From a bacterium (GTDB lineage Bacteria > RBG-13-61-14 > DATKZS01): a stretch of DNA of 64,000 nucleotides. The position numbers were made by a program, and so were the translations under genes. The notes beneath the pieces are model-generated. The model was not told the origin of the DNA and searched no databases. It worked only from the letters and a program-made list of their open reading frames with translations. Where the stretch lies: NCBI GenBank assembly GCA_963674965.2, contig CAXXFL010000002.1:32001-96000 (forward strand), read 5' to 3'. Below, one piece after another: positions 31,414 to 44,200 of the stretch; the first letter of the stretch is position 1, and every line of letters begins with the position of its first letter.

Positions 31414-31518
31414 ATGCAAGTTGAACGCGCCCAAGGCTGTCTCCTTGGACAGCTTGCCGGAGACGCGCTGGGCGGCCTGGTCGAGTTTCGAACTCCGGAG
31501 GACAGGGATCAGTTTTAA
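31414..31518 (+). pseudogene. ADP-ribosylglycohydrolase N-terminal remnant (34 aa)
   Basis: MQVERAQGCLLGQLAGDALGGLVEF, the G-x-x-x-G-D-A-L-G start of this family, with an upstream GGAG; too short for the ORF track. Confidence 0.7.
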
Positions 31519-33289
31519 GCGCATATCTGGGAGGTATGAAATTGAAGTATGCAAGTGTAAAGGTCATCTTGATGGCGGTGCTGGCGGTAGTTGTTATTCC
31601 AAGCGCGAAGGTAATGGGGGCTGGAACCAGGAGGATATGGTCTCCTGAATTAGAAATGATGTTCATGTCTCCCTTTCGGGATTATTATCGTCCATCCAGT
31701 TTTGAATTCATAGACACTTTGACGGCGGCCCCGCATTTCTTATTCAAGGACGTCACGATAGGGTCTGATGGAGGCTATGGATTCTCCATTATACGGCGAT
31801 CCAATCCTTATGGATGCGATAACGTGTATAAAAAAATTACCGGAGATTATGATTTGATTATTGACTCTCAAATGACTCCCTTTGGATTATATTGGGACGT
31901 TTTGGATGAGGTTCTTTATTTCAATCAAATTAAGATAAGGGACCTTGGGAATTGGAACCCCGGCGAGCAAGATATATATTCTGTAGTCTCTTTTCTGATC
32001 ACCCAGGAAGGTGAATTATATTTCTTTAGACCTTGCGAGGGAACAGGTTGTTCATGGCGGGGAGACTACTGGAAAATTATCGAGCCTCAGGACCCTTACC
32101 CTTTTTCCGGCAACACCGTTACCGCGAGGCAAGAATTATATTTTTCAGACAACAACTGGAGGCTTGAGGCCATTTCAAAAAGTAGGGCGCCAGGTTGCCC
32201 ATATGAGCATGTCGAGGCGACACTATATCTTCCCGATGGCACCAAAAAGAAATATCAAAGAACGGATGGAATCTATTCTGGAACTGTCGTTGGAAGATTA
32301 AAATTGGTTGAGATCGATTATCCTAACGGCTCCGTCGTAACAATAGAGTATCTGGCTTCTGACGCCGTTGACACCTACGGTTTTTATAACGCTCCAGAGC
32401 GGGTCACTCTCACTGGCGCCGGCAGCACGACTTATAATGTGGATTTCATTTATGAAAACGTATCGTCCGAGGTCGCCCAGTATGAAAATTCCCCATCTTA
32501 TTCTTATCGTCCCGCCGGGAGCCTAAAAAGGCTTGACGTTTCCCAGAACGACGAATATTTATACAGCCGTTATTACTATTATCACGATATTCCAGAGGAA
32601 TTTTATTGCTCACCCGTGAAGAACGGCTTCACTTGTGATTTTTTCGGGGCCAGCGACTATCAGCTCGTGGACACTTTTATTCTTGATTCTGGGGCCACCG
32701 TCGACATTTGGAACGATCTATCAGACGTTTTAAACAATTACACCGTATCAGATTTTTGGCACTTTGAGCCTTTTTCTTTCCTCGGAACCGGGACCGATGT
32801 ATGCGAGAGCGAGGTTGTTTCCGGTGATCCGGGTGAAGTTAGCTGCTCTCCTTTTGACAATAATGGGTTGTGCGAGTTTCTTTGCCCTCCTCCAGAGATA
32901 AAGGCCATTACGACTCCCTGGGGCGCGAAGATATTATATGATTATGATGGTATATATTACGACCCGCAAGTCGATTTTGGAGCGACTCCTTCCGGCTGGA
33001 ATGAGATAACCGACGGTATCTGGGAACGCAGTGCAACAATTTACTTCAGGAATATTTTGGAGCAGAGAAGCGAGATCAATAAATTAAACGGCCGCGTCGA
33101 TACCTTTAACGCTATGAAAAGGGTCGGGAGCGGCGATCAGGTCGGGACTTTAAAGACCACGATAGAAATCGACAAGCTGATGGACGGCATGAATCCCCAT
33201 ATATTCCGATGTTTCGCCGATTACATCCCGAACGAGACGGATATTGCTTCTCAATTTCATTCCTTAAAAAAGGAGATGGTATGAATGAA

Positions 33290-33480
33290 GAGTTTTGAGG
33301 TGGTAAATACTTCAACTAGGTTAGGAATGATCTATTGGAGTAGGCGGGTCGTGGGCTGGATCGTTTTCGTGAGGCTTATGACCTCGTAAAGGAGATTAGT
33401 CAGCCCCGCGACTGGAGCGCCACCGTAAGGCTAGACCTTGTATAGGAGTTTGGCGGCCCCTCAAAGCGTGTCTACTCCGA
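33290..33480 (+). ncRNA. Putative IS110 bridge RNA (approximate limits)
   Basis: Two homologous stem/internal-loop units in the left end. They contain AAAGGAG (33388-33394, equal to the target flank plus core) and ATAGGAG (33442-33448, equal to the element right end plus core). Confidence 0.62.
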
Positions 33481-33517
33481 CCTTAGATCAAATTTATTTC
33501 TAGGGAGGAGTAAGGAA

Positions 33518-34534
33518 ATGGGAAGGTACATTGGAATCGATCTGCACAGGAATTGTTTCACCTCTTGCGTCCTGGCCGAGAACGGACGGAACTATCTCAA
33601 GGACTGGCGTCTCGAGGATTTGGAGAAGTTTTGCTCGACGCTTCGCGAGTCCGACGAGATCGCGGTTGAGGTCACGGGCAACGTCCGCCTTTTTTACGAC
33701 GCCGTTCGCGGCCTCGTTTCCCGCGTCGTGGTTGTCAACCCTCGCCAGTTCAAGGTCATCAGCGAGTCGGTCAACAAAACGGACGGCAACGACGCCAGAC
33801 GCCTTGCCCTGTTTTTGTCCAAGGGCCTTTTGCCGGAGGTGAGGATGCCGAACAAGGAACACGCTCAGGTTAAAAGCCTCACTCAAAGCCGGGACAAGCT
33901 GGTGAAGCTTCGCACGGCCTTGAAGAACAAGATCAACAACATCTGCTCGGCCCACGGCATCAACCTGAAGAAGGAATATCTTTCCAGCGAGAAGGGCCTT
34001 GAGACGGTGCAGGAGATACCTTTCGACCCCATGGTCAAGACCGAGGTCCGCGTCCTGGTGGAGCAGATTCGGGGCTTGAACGCCGGGGTCAAGGAGCTTG
34101 AGGCCGCCATCAAGGACTCGGGCAATCAGCTTCCCGGTCACAAGAATTTGAAGAGCATAAAGGGTATCGGGGACCTTGGCTCGGCCATACTTTTGTCGGT
34201 GATCGTTGACGTCAAGGACTTCCCCGACGAGGGCAAGCTGGCCTCCTACTTCGGCATCGTCCCCCGGGTTAGCAACTCGAACGAGACCAGCCGCTCGGGC
34301 CGGATCACGAAGCGGGGCAACAAACTCGGCCGCACTACCCTGGTCCAATGCGCCCTCATCGCCAAGCGTTACAGCCCTTATTTGTCGAGCTTCTACGAGC
34401 GTATCAAGGCCAGGCGCGGCGCGGGCAAGGCCATCATCGCACTGGCTCGCAAATTTTTGAAGATCATTTACATCACTTTACAGGAAAACTTGATTTGGGA
34501 GGACTTCCCGAACGGAGTAATAGCGAAAGGCTGA
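33518..34534 (+). CDS. IS110-family DEDD transposase/recombinase
   Basis: GIDLH, AVEVT and KTDGND motifs; IKGIG...LASYFGIVPRVSNS...GRITKRGN. Confidence 0.93.
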   Translation: MGRYIGIDLHRNCFTSCVLAENGRNYLKDWRLEDLEKFCSTLRESDEIAVEVTGNVRLFYDAVRGLVSRVVVVNPRQFKVISESVNKTDGNDARRLALFLSKGLLPEVRMPNKEHAQVKSLTQSRDKLVKLRTALKNKINNICSAHGINLKKEYLSSEKGLETVQEIPFDPMVKTEVRVLVEQIRGLNAGVKELEAAIKDSGNQLPGHKNLKSIKGIGDLGSAILLSVIVDVKDFPDEGKLASYFGIVPRVSNSNETSRSGRITKRGNKLGRTTLVQCALIAKRYSPYLSSFYERIKARRGAGKAIIALARKFLKIIYITLQENLIWEDFPNGVIAKG

Positions 34535-37411
34535 GTTTGTAAAATAATTCAGCTAATTTAAAAGGTTGGGTAGACAACCATCATAGGAGTATTATTATTA
34601 CGACACCTCCTCCATAAGCGAGAACGGTTCAATCTGGCGTTATCAAATCCTCAAGGCTTTAAAGACGTTCGGGGTTCGAGACGACGGCGGTGTTTTCAAC
34701 TTAGAAGACGTGGAGTATGAATGGATTGGTCGGCCATCGCCTTTTTTACTTGGCATCCGGATGGTTTCACAATATTCCGCCACTTCGGTTCCTTACTACG
34801 TTTATTACAACAGGTACGTTGGCGGTTTAACGCAATCCTTTATTGATCCGACTCCCATGATCCCGGTGCTTTCCGGAGTTGAGATGATTCGCGACGGCAT
34901 CACCTACAACATGGAGGCTAGCGACTTCAACATGTACAACTCTCCCGGCAGGGTCGTGTCCTCCATGGACGGGGGTTATTCGAGGACGAGCAATTACACG
35001 TTCAATCATGAGGCCCAAGTAAGCGGGGACACCTACATGATCGGCGTGACAACTAACACAGACTCCAGCCTGAACGGGGGCACGGGCAACGTCGGAAGTT
35101 TTAGAACGGACATGGCTAATGGCCTCCTCCAGGCCTCGGTGGTTGACATGAGCGCTCTTAGCTTGGAGTACGACTCAGGCGGCAACGTAACCAACTCCAT
35201 GGGCGACGATGGCGTTAAAAACACTTACGAGGGCTATACAATGGGTCGCCCCAAGACGGTCAAACTCTACGACGAAGCTTTACGAGGCGACATGAAATAT
35301 AACGCTTTAGGACAGGCAACGGAAGTGAAAGTACCTAACGCCGGCGGCTCTGATATAATTTATCAATACATTTACGACAATATTGGGCGTCTGAAGTCCA
35401 TTATCCGTCCCGGTTCCTTGTATGACACGGAGATAACCTACCAGGGAGGTACGAGTACCACTGACGGTCCCTCCCAGGATTATTATAATTTATATTACTT
35501 TACTGATAGTAGAAAGAGCGTTACCGGGGACCGCGAGAGTATAGATCATCTGGACGGCTGGGGACGTGTTTGGAAATCGGAAAGGAAAACAAACGACGGC
35601 TATAGTATCACAAGATTTATAAGACGCGACGTTTGCGGGGTTCCCCGGTATTCGTGCTCGCCCCTAACCTCGGATTTTAACGACTTCCAGTGCGTTAACG
35701 TTTCCATTTCCATTAGCGCCCTTGACGCCTTTGGACGTCCTTCCTTTTCCACGGATCAGTCGGGAGAGGACGATGAGTTAGGAAGATACGTATCTTACGA
35801 GTACGAGGGTGGGAGTCAGGGTCTGGATGTGGATATAAACGTTGGATGCGTTTCGGGTTCTACTTTTTGCAAGAATGAACCTTATTCTACCAACTATAAA
35901 GAGGTCTATAAGGGTCCTGGTCCAGGCGAGCTATATATGACGGAGCGAGTGGGGCCTACCGTGAGCGGCGGGCCTACTCCTCGCAAGTTTAAATATAACT
36001 ATGGCTCAAAGGGCGAGCTTCTTTCCATATCCGAGGAGAGCGGGGCGGGCATTGGGGACCGTGAATTCACTTACGACGCCAAGGGAAACGTTATCGGCAC
36101 ATACAGTCCCGAGTCCGGCCAGAGAAGATTCACGCGCGATTCTAGAGGCCGGATAACGTCGATCAGGGCCTCGGACAACTCGGTCGTTAATATGACCTAT
36201 GACCGAGCCGACCGGGTGACGCAAATCCAGGCCGTTGGCGTCAATCAGCCTCTTTACAAGTTTACCTATCACTCGGGATCGGGCAGCCTGACCAAGGAGG
36301 AGGGAGACTGGAACCAGGTTTCCTACGATATCGATTACGATTACAACAACTCGGCTCCTCTTCTTGACGAGGTTTTAATTAATTACACCGTCCCCACTTC
36401 AACGGGCGTTGATTACGCCGACTTTAATATCAAATACGACTATAACGAATACGGCGAGGTAACCTCGGTAGACTACGATGGAGAAATGACCATCAATCTA
36501 ACGCGTGATTATTTGGGCAGGGTGAGGTCCATATCCAAGTCAGGGGCGGACGATATCATGGAGTCGATTACTTATCAGCCGGACGGCTCGCTTAAGCGAA
36601 TGACTTATGGAAACGACGTGGTAACGGACATTTTCCAGTTCTATGGCCTTGGCATTATCTCGGAGATATCCATACGCACGAAGGCGCAGGCACAGGCCAT
36701 CAATCGGGATGATATAACCGAAGATATTATCAGGATAGCCGGCGGCGGCTCCTACGATTATTGGAACGAAAGATATGGATATTACGACGGCTCTTACCAA
36801 TACTTCGACAATTATCTCAATCCACACAAGGCTGAAATCGGTCCCAATTATACCAGCTACCGACTTCAAATCGACGCGCAATACGACAAGGAACAACGTC
36901 TTTCCAAAGCGTCTTACTCCGACTTGCAAGGCGACACGGTATTTTTAGACATAACTTATGGTTTTGATCGTCGAGGCAACAGGACCTCGAAGAATCTGAC
37001 ATGGACCCCAGGCTCATCCGAGACTTATTCATACAACTACGATTCACTAAACCGCATCTCTTCAGTGACCGGCAATACCTTGGCCACCAGTCCAACCATC
37101 GGAGATTACGTTCACGACTCGCGGGGCAACGTTATCCAGACGCCCACGCACAAGTACGGCTTCGATCTTTTCGACCGGCTGGTTGACGCCGACGACGGCA
37201 AGGTCAAAATCTATTACACGGCGGGCGGCAACAAGTTCCTAAAGGTGACCGAGGAGGAGGCGACCGTCTATTTCTATGATCCAGGCGGTCGAATGCTATG
37301 CGAGAAGACCTTCCGACTTAGCGACTTCCGGCAGCTTAGCCGCAAGTTATACGTCTACGCCAACGGCCAGATGGTGGCCCAGTTTTAGTCGAAGAAGAAG
37401 AGGAGGATAAA

Positions 37412-38227
37412 ATGAAAAGGTTATCTTGCTGGAACTGGATCACTATTAACAAAGCCACTGGCATCGCATTGGCGGTTCTATTTTCAATGTTCATGGCGGC
37501 CTTCATGGGCTGCGGTAAAGGAATGGATAGGACCGGCTCGGACGGCGACGCCGGCGCGGCAGTTTCAGGAAAACAAGCTTCATCCTCATCGGTGAAAGAA
37601 CGGGCTGTCCCCGCCAATACCGCAACCGAGCGCAAAGAGCCTAGGAAGGGCATACAACGCTCCCCCGTTGGAGAAACCAATCTGCGGGCGAAAATACGCG
37701 GACTCGCCTCTTCCAAAAACAAGGCTGAGGCTAATGAATCCATTGATTCGCTCACCGATATTTTCGAAGGTGGAGATAATAATCATGACCTGGCCACAAG
37801 GACCCTGGCGGCGGCGGCCTTGGCCGAACTAAGCAAGGCCGAGGAAGACCGAGCGGCGGCTGTTGCCTCCCTCGAGCCTCTCCGCAAGGCCCTATTTCGC
37901 GATAAGAGCGCGGTGGTCCGAGCCTCGGCCGCGCGCTCACTGGGGGCGAGCGGCTACATCGAGTTCAAGTCCCCCCTTGAGTTAGCCATGAAGACCGACG
38001 CGTCGCTCCTTGTCCAGACGGCGGCTTCCGAGGCCCTTGAAAAGCTAACGGGCGAGACGTTAGTCTCTCCGGTCGAGAAGGCGCTAGCCGAGTCCACCAT
38101 TCCGACCAGGCGCTCCCTTTCCTCTTCGGTCTCATCGGAGTGTATCCCCAGGGAGTTATTCGAGTCGCTAAACGAGCACCTCTTGATTCTCGATCCCGAG
38201 AACGCCGAGCGATCGATATGCAAGTAG
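37412..38227 (+). CDS. HEAT-repeat lipoprotein
   Basis: Hydrophobic stretch ending in lipobox-like FMGC; HEAT-like VVRASAARSLG and LVQTAASEALEKL; strong SD GAGGAGG. Confidence 0.75.
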   Translation: MKRLSCWNWITINKATGIALAVLFSMFMAAFMGCGKGMDRTGSDGDAGAAVSGKQASSSSVKERAVPANTATERKEPRKGIQRSPVGETNLRAKIRGLASSKNKAEANESIDSLTDIFEGGDNNHDLATRTLAAAALAELSKAEEDRAAAVASLEPLRKALFRDKSAVVRASAARSLGASGYIEFKSPLELAMKTDASLLVQTAASEALEKLTGETLVSPVEKALAESTIPTRRSLSSSVSSECIPRELFESLNEHLLILDPENAERSICK

Positions 38228-38250
38228 GCAAGGAAACAAGGAGCGAAGCC

Positions 38251-41200
38251 ATGAAGTTAAAGGTAATGAAAGCGGCGGCGATCTTCGTCATATTTTTTCT
38301 AGCGGCGGTAATTGTAGGCTGTGGAGCCAATCAGAACAGCTTTGTCAAGGGACTTGGCCCGGCTTACACGGAGGTAATGTCTCTCGGCAAGAACGTGGAA
38401 ATCCTGGACCCGTCCATGGAGGACAACCAGCATAGACTCGTGGTGTTTTTCGACAGGTGCGTTGACGACGACACGGTGACCTTGTCTGATCTTGAGCTTT
38501 ACGGGCAGACCGTTACAAATTTCGATTCTTACCTCACTCCCAGTCAATCCGTCTTTAACTTCGATTATTGCTTTACAAAGTCATGGGACTCCCTTTCCAG
38601 CGGCGCTTATTTCACCGGTACTATTTGGGCGTCCACGACCGAGTGCGAGTCCGGCTATAGCGACAAGCTCTACGTGGGCCTCGTTGACGATGACACGCTG
38701 TGGCACGGAATGGACGATTATGAAGGAGCGTTCGCGTATAAACTGGTAATTGATAAGATATTCCATGACTCGGAAGAGAATCAATCAAGCGGCGACGTAA
38801 TCAATTATTTCATCGTGCGCGACTTCGCGAATAACGCGAAACATCCCACTTTGAGCCACGTTTATCCGGCGAGCGGCTCGGGGCTTTCCGGCGACTCCCT
38901 TTTATACATGCCCATGCCTCCTCACTCGACGTTTACTCTTGGAAGTTCCGAGCCTGTTCTCAACCTGTCTTATATTCCCTATGAGGTTTTCTGGCACGAC
39001 GACGATCTCCATGCCCCGTTTGACGGCCCTTCAATCGGCAATCCCAGCGTAATAGTCAGAAATAACAGAAAAATCGAGATCGGCGCTTCCTCGGGAATGC
39101 CTCTCGATATCGAGTACCATTTTTGGATTTACTCTCGTCCTCAGAACTATTACGACGTTACCTATGGTCCAGGCTCGGGAGCGACCATTTCAATGGACGG
39201 AGAGTTATCGGACGTCCTTCTTGTTTCTCCTCCCCCAATCAACGCGTTTGGCAAGGCCATCGTTCTTCCCTCGGACTCGACCTTCCAAATACTTGAGGAA
39301 GACGTCGTCGAGCGGGACGTTTTCCACGCCGGCTTTTACAGTGATCATCCCACATACGTTAAGGTCTATGAAGTAAAAGGGCGCGTCGGACCGGTCGTTA
39401 TCGACGAACCAGTTACATATTCCTATCATAAAGCGGCGTACTCGGAGAGCTACTTGACCGTGAGGGCCACGCCGGACGTGGACGAGGTCCGCATAACCAT
39501 GGACCACTGGACCGACTTGATCGGCTCCGAGATGGGCGTGGAAATAACCGACGAGCTTAAGCCTCTTTCCAGTCTTTCCATGCCCTTGTTTTCGTCAACG
39601 GTCCTCGCTCCCGCCATGTCGAGGAATGGCCAATACATGTTCTATTGGGCGCAGGACGGGACCACCGACAATGTCTTTCAGGTCTACCGGACCGACCTGA
39701 CGGTTGACGGATATTCCACGGACGCGCTGACCTCGTTTACCGTGGGCCGCGACGACGCTCAGGCGCTCGCCAGCCATAGTATTTCACCCAACAACGCGGG
39801 TGATCAGGCCGTGTTCTGGTCTCGCCAGGACCTTGAGGACGGTGAAACGTCCACTGATGGAGAATTGTATTTTTGGGACGAGAGCGAGGGCCTGTTTCAG
39901 GTCACTACCAGCGATCTTTTCGGGGACACCAGGGGCGAGCCAAATTATGACGCCGTTCTTTCCTATGAAAATATTTTCTTCTTTTGGACGGAAAACTCTT
40001 CAGCCGGCGACACGCTCGATCATTATGAACTCCTCAGATGTACTTACAGTGACGTCGGAGGGCCATACCCCATTGGCTGTGTAAATATCGTCCAGGGCAC
40101 TACTTTGCATCAGCAAGGAATTAATCCACGCTTGTCCTCGACTACCAACGGAGAATACGTGGCGTTCGTTTCCGCCGAGGACTGGGACGCGTCGGTCGGC
40201 AACTCGGACTACAACTATGAAATTTTCTACTATGGGGAATACGGAGTGGGCGTTCACCAGGTCACTGATTCCGGGTCCACCGTGACCAACGATTATCCAG
40301 TTATCGCCGACGATTCATTACAGTCGATTTACTTCAGTTCCAACGGGAATTACGGCGGAATAGACGGATTTTCCAATGATGGAGACTCTGTCTCCACCGA
40401 GCTTTTCGTTTATAGGAGGCTCAGCGGCGACACCGCCGTCTATAACGAGATTGAACAGATAACCAACGCCTCTCCCGGCGTTACGGTTATCCCCGCCGGT
40501 GTATCCTTGCCTGACGGTAACGGCAATATCGACGTTCTGGTCCTTTCCAATCATAATTTTTCGGGAGACACGGTCACGTCCGGATATAACTACTTCCTCC
40601 TCCAACCCACGAGATACGCCGACGACAGGACCTATAACGCGTGGGGCTACGCGATCACGACCGAACCCGTTATCGCCTCTGCCGGCGACGCTCCGCCTCT
40701 CGTCTCCATGGACGAGGAAAACGAATGGATACTCTTTTCCAGCGAGGAGCAATTGCTTCCAGGCGACACGAATTCGGACCTTGACGTCTATCTATTTCAT
40801 TACAAGGGCCTGGAGAAGAGTTTCACCATCTCTTGGGAGGACTTGATCGACGAGTTCAATTCCCAGAACTCTACTAATTATCGGACAGAGGTCCTGTTGC
40901 CTCGTAAAAGGCATCGGATTACCGTGCATTCATCCACCGCCGGCAGCCCCGGCGTGGACGCAATAGATTTCATCTTCACCGCCGACGACGACTCGGACTC
41001 CGACGGACTTAGCGACGCTTGGGAGATCGAATACGGATACGACCCTTACATCGCGGACAGCGATAGCAACTCCATCACGGACGACCTCGAGGACCCGGAC
41101 GGGGACGGAGTTATCAACTCCAGCGAGGAGGACAACTACACGAATCCCCAGCTGGCGGATTCAGATGGCGATGGACTGGACGATGACGTGGAAATCGGCT

Positions 41201-44200
41201 ACTGCACAAGCCCTATCGACGACGACTCGGATGATGACGGCTTAATAGACGGTCGGACCATGGGCGAGGACCAGGATAATGACGGGGAAGTTGACGCGGG
41301 CGAGACCAACCCATGCTATTACGATACGGACGGAGACGGCCTGCTTGACGGAGTGGAGATAGGCTTCGGTTCGAACCCTCTACTAACGGACACGGATGGC
41401 GATTCGTTATCGGACTACGTCGAGATCATGACGGCCAACACCGACCCCACGCTTGTTGACACTGATGGCGATTCATTGGGCGACGCGGCTGAATATGACT
41501 ATTGCACATCTCCGAGCGATCCCGACTCCGATGGAGACGGCCTATGCGATGGAAACACCTCCGTTTATGACGGTCCCACTTTATTGTGCTCCAACGGCGA
41601 GGACGCCGACCTCGATTTCGAGGTTGACGCGGGAGAAACCAACCCCTGCCGGGCAGACACTGACGGCGACGGAATGAATGACGCTTATGAGAGAGAATAC
41701 TCTCTTGATCCCCTGGACCCCTTCGATGCTTTGACTATATTGTCCAGCGCCACGATAGCCGATCCGGATGGCGACGGAGTGGACAATCTATACGAGGCGC
41801 AAAACGGCACTAATCCTTACGTTGCCGACAGCGACGAAGATGGCGTGTCCGACCTGGAAGAACTTGCCTTGGGCACCGATCCTGGAGACGCGACTTCCAA
41901 TTCCGACGGAGATTCTCTTATAGACAGCGTTGAAGTGACGCTGGGGACATCCCCCAACTCAGATGACACGGACGCCGACGGACTGAGCGATTATCAGGAA
42001 ACCACGGCCCTCTACGGCTTGACGATTGGAATGGGATGCACCATCGTGCCCACGAATCCCGACAGCGACGGCGACGGCATTCCCGATGGACTCGAGGATA
42101 TCGACCTGGACGGCGTCCTTGACGGAAATACGGAGACTAATCCCTGTATAGCCGACACTGACGGCGACGGCATGGACGACGGTTGGGAGGTCTTCTGGGG
42201 CCTGAATCCCCATGTCCAGGACGGGGACACGGACTGGGACTCCGACGGCCTCACCAACCTTCAGGAGTTCCTGCTCTACAAGGGGGCCTCATGCGACGCT
42301 TCCGCCGGGTGCCCGGGAGACACGATAACCGTCTATCTCAACCCGCTTATCGCGGACGTGGACGGCGACACCATGGAAGACGGTGAAGAGATACTTATGA
42401 CCGGCTCGACCGTCACCGCCTACGTCTGCAATCCCATCAAGCGCGACACGGACGGCGATAATGTCCCCGACTATTTCGAGGCCGTGATTAGCCTGTGCCT
42501 CGATCCCATGGACCCCGACACGGACGACGACGGCATTCCCGACGGGGTCGAGGATAAAAACCAGGACGGAATCAGGCAGAATATCGAGACCAACCCGTGC
42601 CTGGCCGACACCGACGGCGACGGGCTGGACGACTACGAGGAACTGCTCTTCGGGTCAAACCCGAGAAACGCCGACACCGACGGCGATGACTTAACCGACG
42701 ATCTCGAGTACTTCTATATGACCGATCCCAACGGCTACACCGACAGGAACGACAACGGCATATACGACGAGTTGGAATTGGTGGAATATGGCATACCTCC
42801 CATATACGTGTTCGATGACATGGACGGCGACGGGCTGGTTAACGGCGACTCCACCGGCGAGGACAAGGACAACGATTACGTGGTGGACTCGGGCGAGACC
42901 GACCCCTACGACATGGACACCGACGGCGACGGGCTGCCCGACGGGTGGGAAATCGAGCATAACCTGGACCCGCTCGAGGCCAACACCTGCTCCTTTTGCG
43001 CGGACAACGACGAGTTGACCGACCGCTCCGAGTACCTCCACCATACCCATCCCGGACTCGACGACACCGACTCCGACGGCATGGACGACGACTGGGAAAT
43101 CCTCTACGGCCTCGATCCCCTGACGGACGACTCGGCCGCCGACCTGGACGGGGACACCCTCACCAACCTCCAGGAATACTCGCTGCTCACCAACCCCAGG
43201 AGCGCGGACTCCGATATCGACGGACTAAGCGATTACCTGGAAACCCAGGCGCTATACGGCCATACCGTCGGAATGGGCTGCGCCACGTCGCCCACTAATC
43301 AGGACTCGGACGGCGACGGCGTGCCCGACGGCCTCGAGGACTTCGACCAGGACGGGGCCCTGGACGGCGACACCGAGACCAGCCCCTGCCTGGCCGACAC
43401 CGACGGCGACGGCTTGCCCGACGGATGGGAGCTTATCTGGAACTCTTACCCGCTGACCGATGACGCGACCTCGGACTACGATTCCGACGGGCTTGACAAT
43501 CTCGGCGAGTACCTGGCCGGGACCAACCCCTACCACAAGGACACGGACCACGACGGCATGGACGACAAGTGGGAGGTCGACGCCGGAGACACCCTCGACC
43601 CGCTCACCAACGACGCCGAGGCCGACCCCGACCACGACGGAGTGACCAACATCGAGGAATGCTGCGCCATGTTCCTCGAGCCCTACCACAAGTGCGGCAA
43701 TAGCTGCGACGACGACGCCCTCGATCCCCTCTCGAGCGACTCCGACGGCGACTCCCTCGGCGACTACTGGGAACTCAAGTACCTCCATCCCACGGTGGAC
43801 GATGACCTGACCGCCGACCCCGACTCGGACTCCATCTCCAATATCTGGGAGTTCAGGTTCGGCACGAACCCGGGCTCAACCGACACCGACGGCGACGGCC
43901 TTACCGACCTCCAGGAAATCTCCTTTGACGGCGATTTATCCTTCGACGGGAGCACCGCTTACCACCCCTACGTCAACGTGTGCATCGGCGACGCCGACGA
44001 GTGCGATCTCAACCCCACCCTGGCCGACACCGACCACGACGGACTGTCCGACTACCAGGAACTGTACGGAAACACCCCCACCAGCCCCGTCAACTTCGAC
44101 ACCGACGGAGGAGGAGACCCCGACGGGATCGAGTTGAATATCGGCCACGACCCCACCAACTCCGGCGACGATTACTACGACGCCGCCGGGCTGTCCTTCC

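Larger units (their letters stand above)
33276..34589 (+). mobile_element. IS110-family element (1314 bp including one AGGAG core)
   Basis: AGGAG at both junctions (33271-33275 and 34585-34589), no long terminal IRs, a 242-bp left non-coding end, and precise removal restores the host ORF. Confidence 0.9.
31536..37388 (+). pseudogene. Secreted YD/RHS-repeat 'shell' protein (1512 aa when rejoined), interrupted by IS110 and lacking the RHS core
   Basis: Signal peptide and YD repeats (YDNIGRL, YDAKGNV, YDRADRV, YDSLNRI). Segments 31536-33275 and 34590-37388 join in frame (SLKKE|YYYYD), and the protein ends YVYANGQMVAQF*. Confidence 0.85.

Noticed and set aside
37386-37411. Frameshift or readthrough joining the shell gene to the downstream genes
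   Set aside because: A clean TAG is followed by a strong SD and a new signal-bearing ORF, and the RHS core is ~9.7 kb away.
38140-38250. ORF-track start of the giant gene at 38140
   Set aside because: It overlaps the HEAT gene; ATG 38251 has an SD and begins a proper lipoprotein signal.
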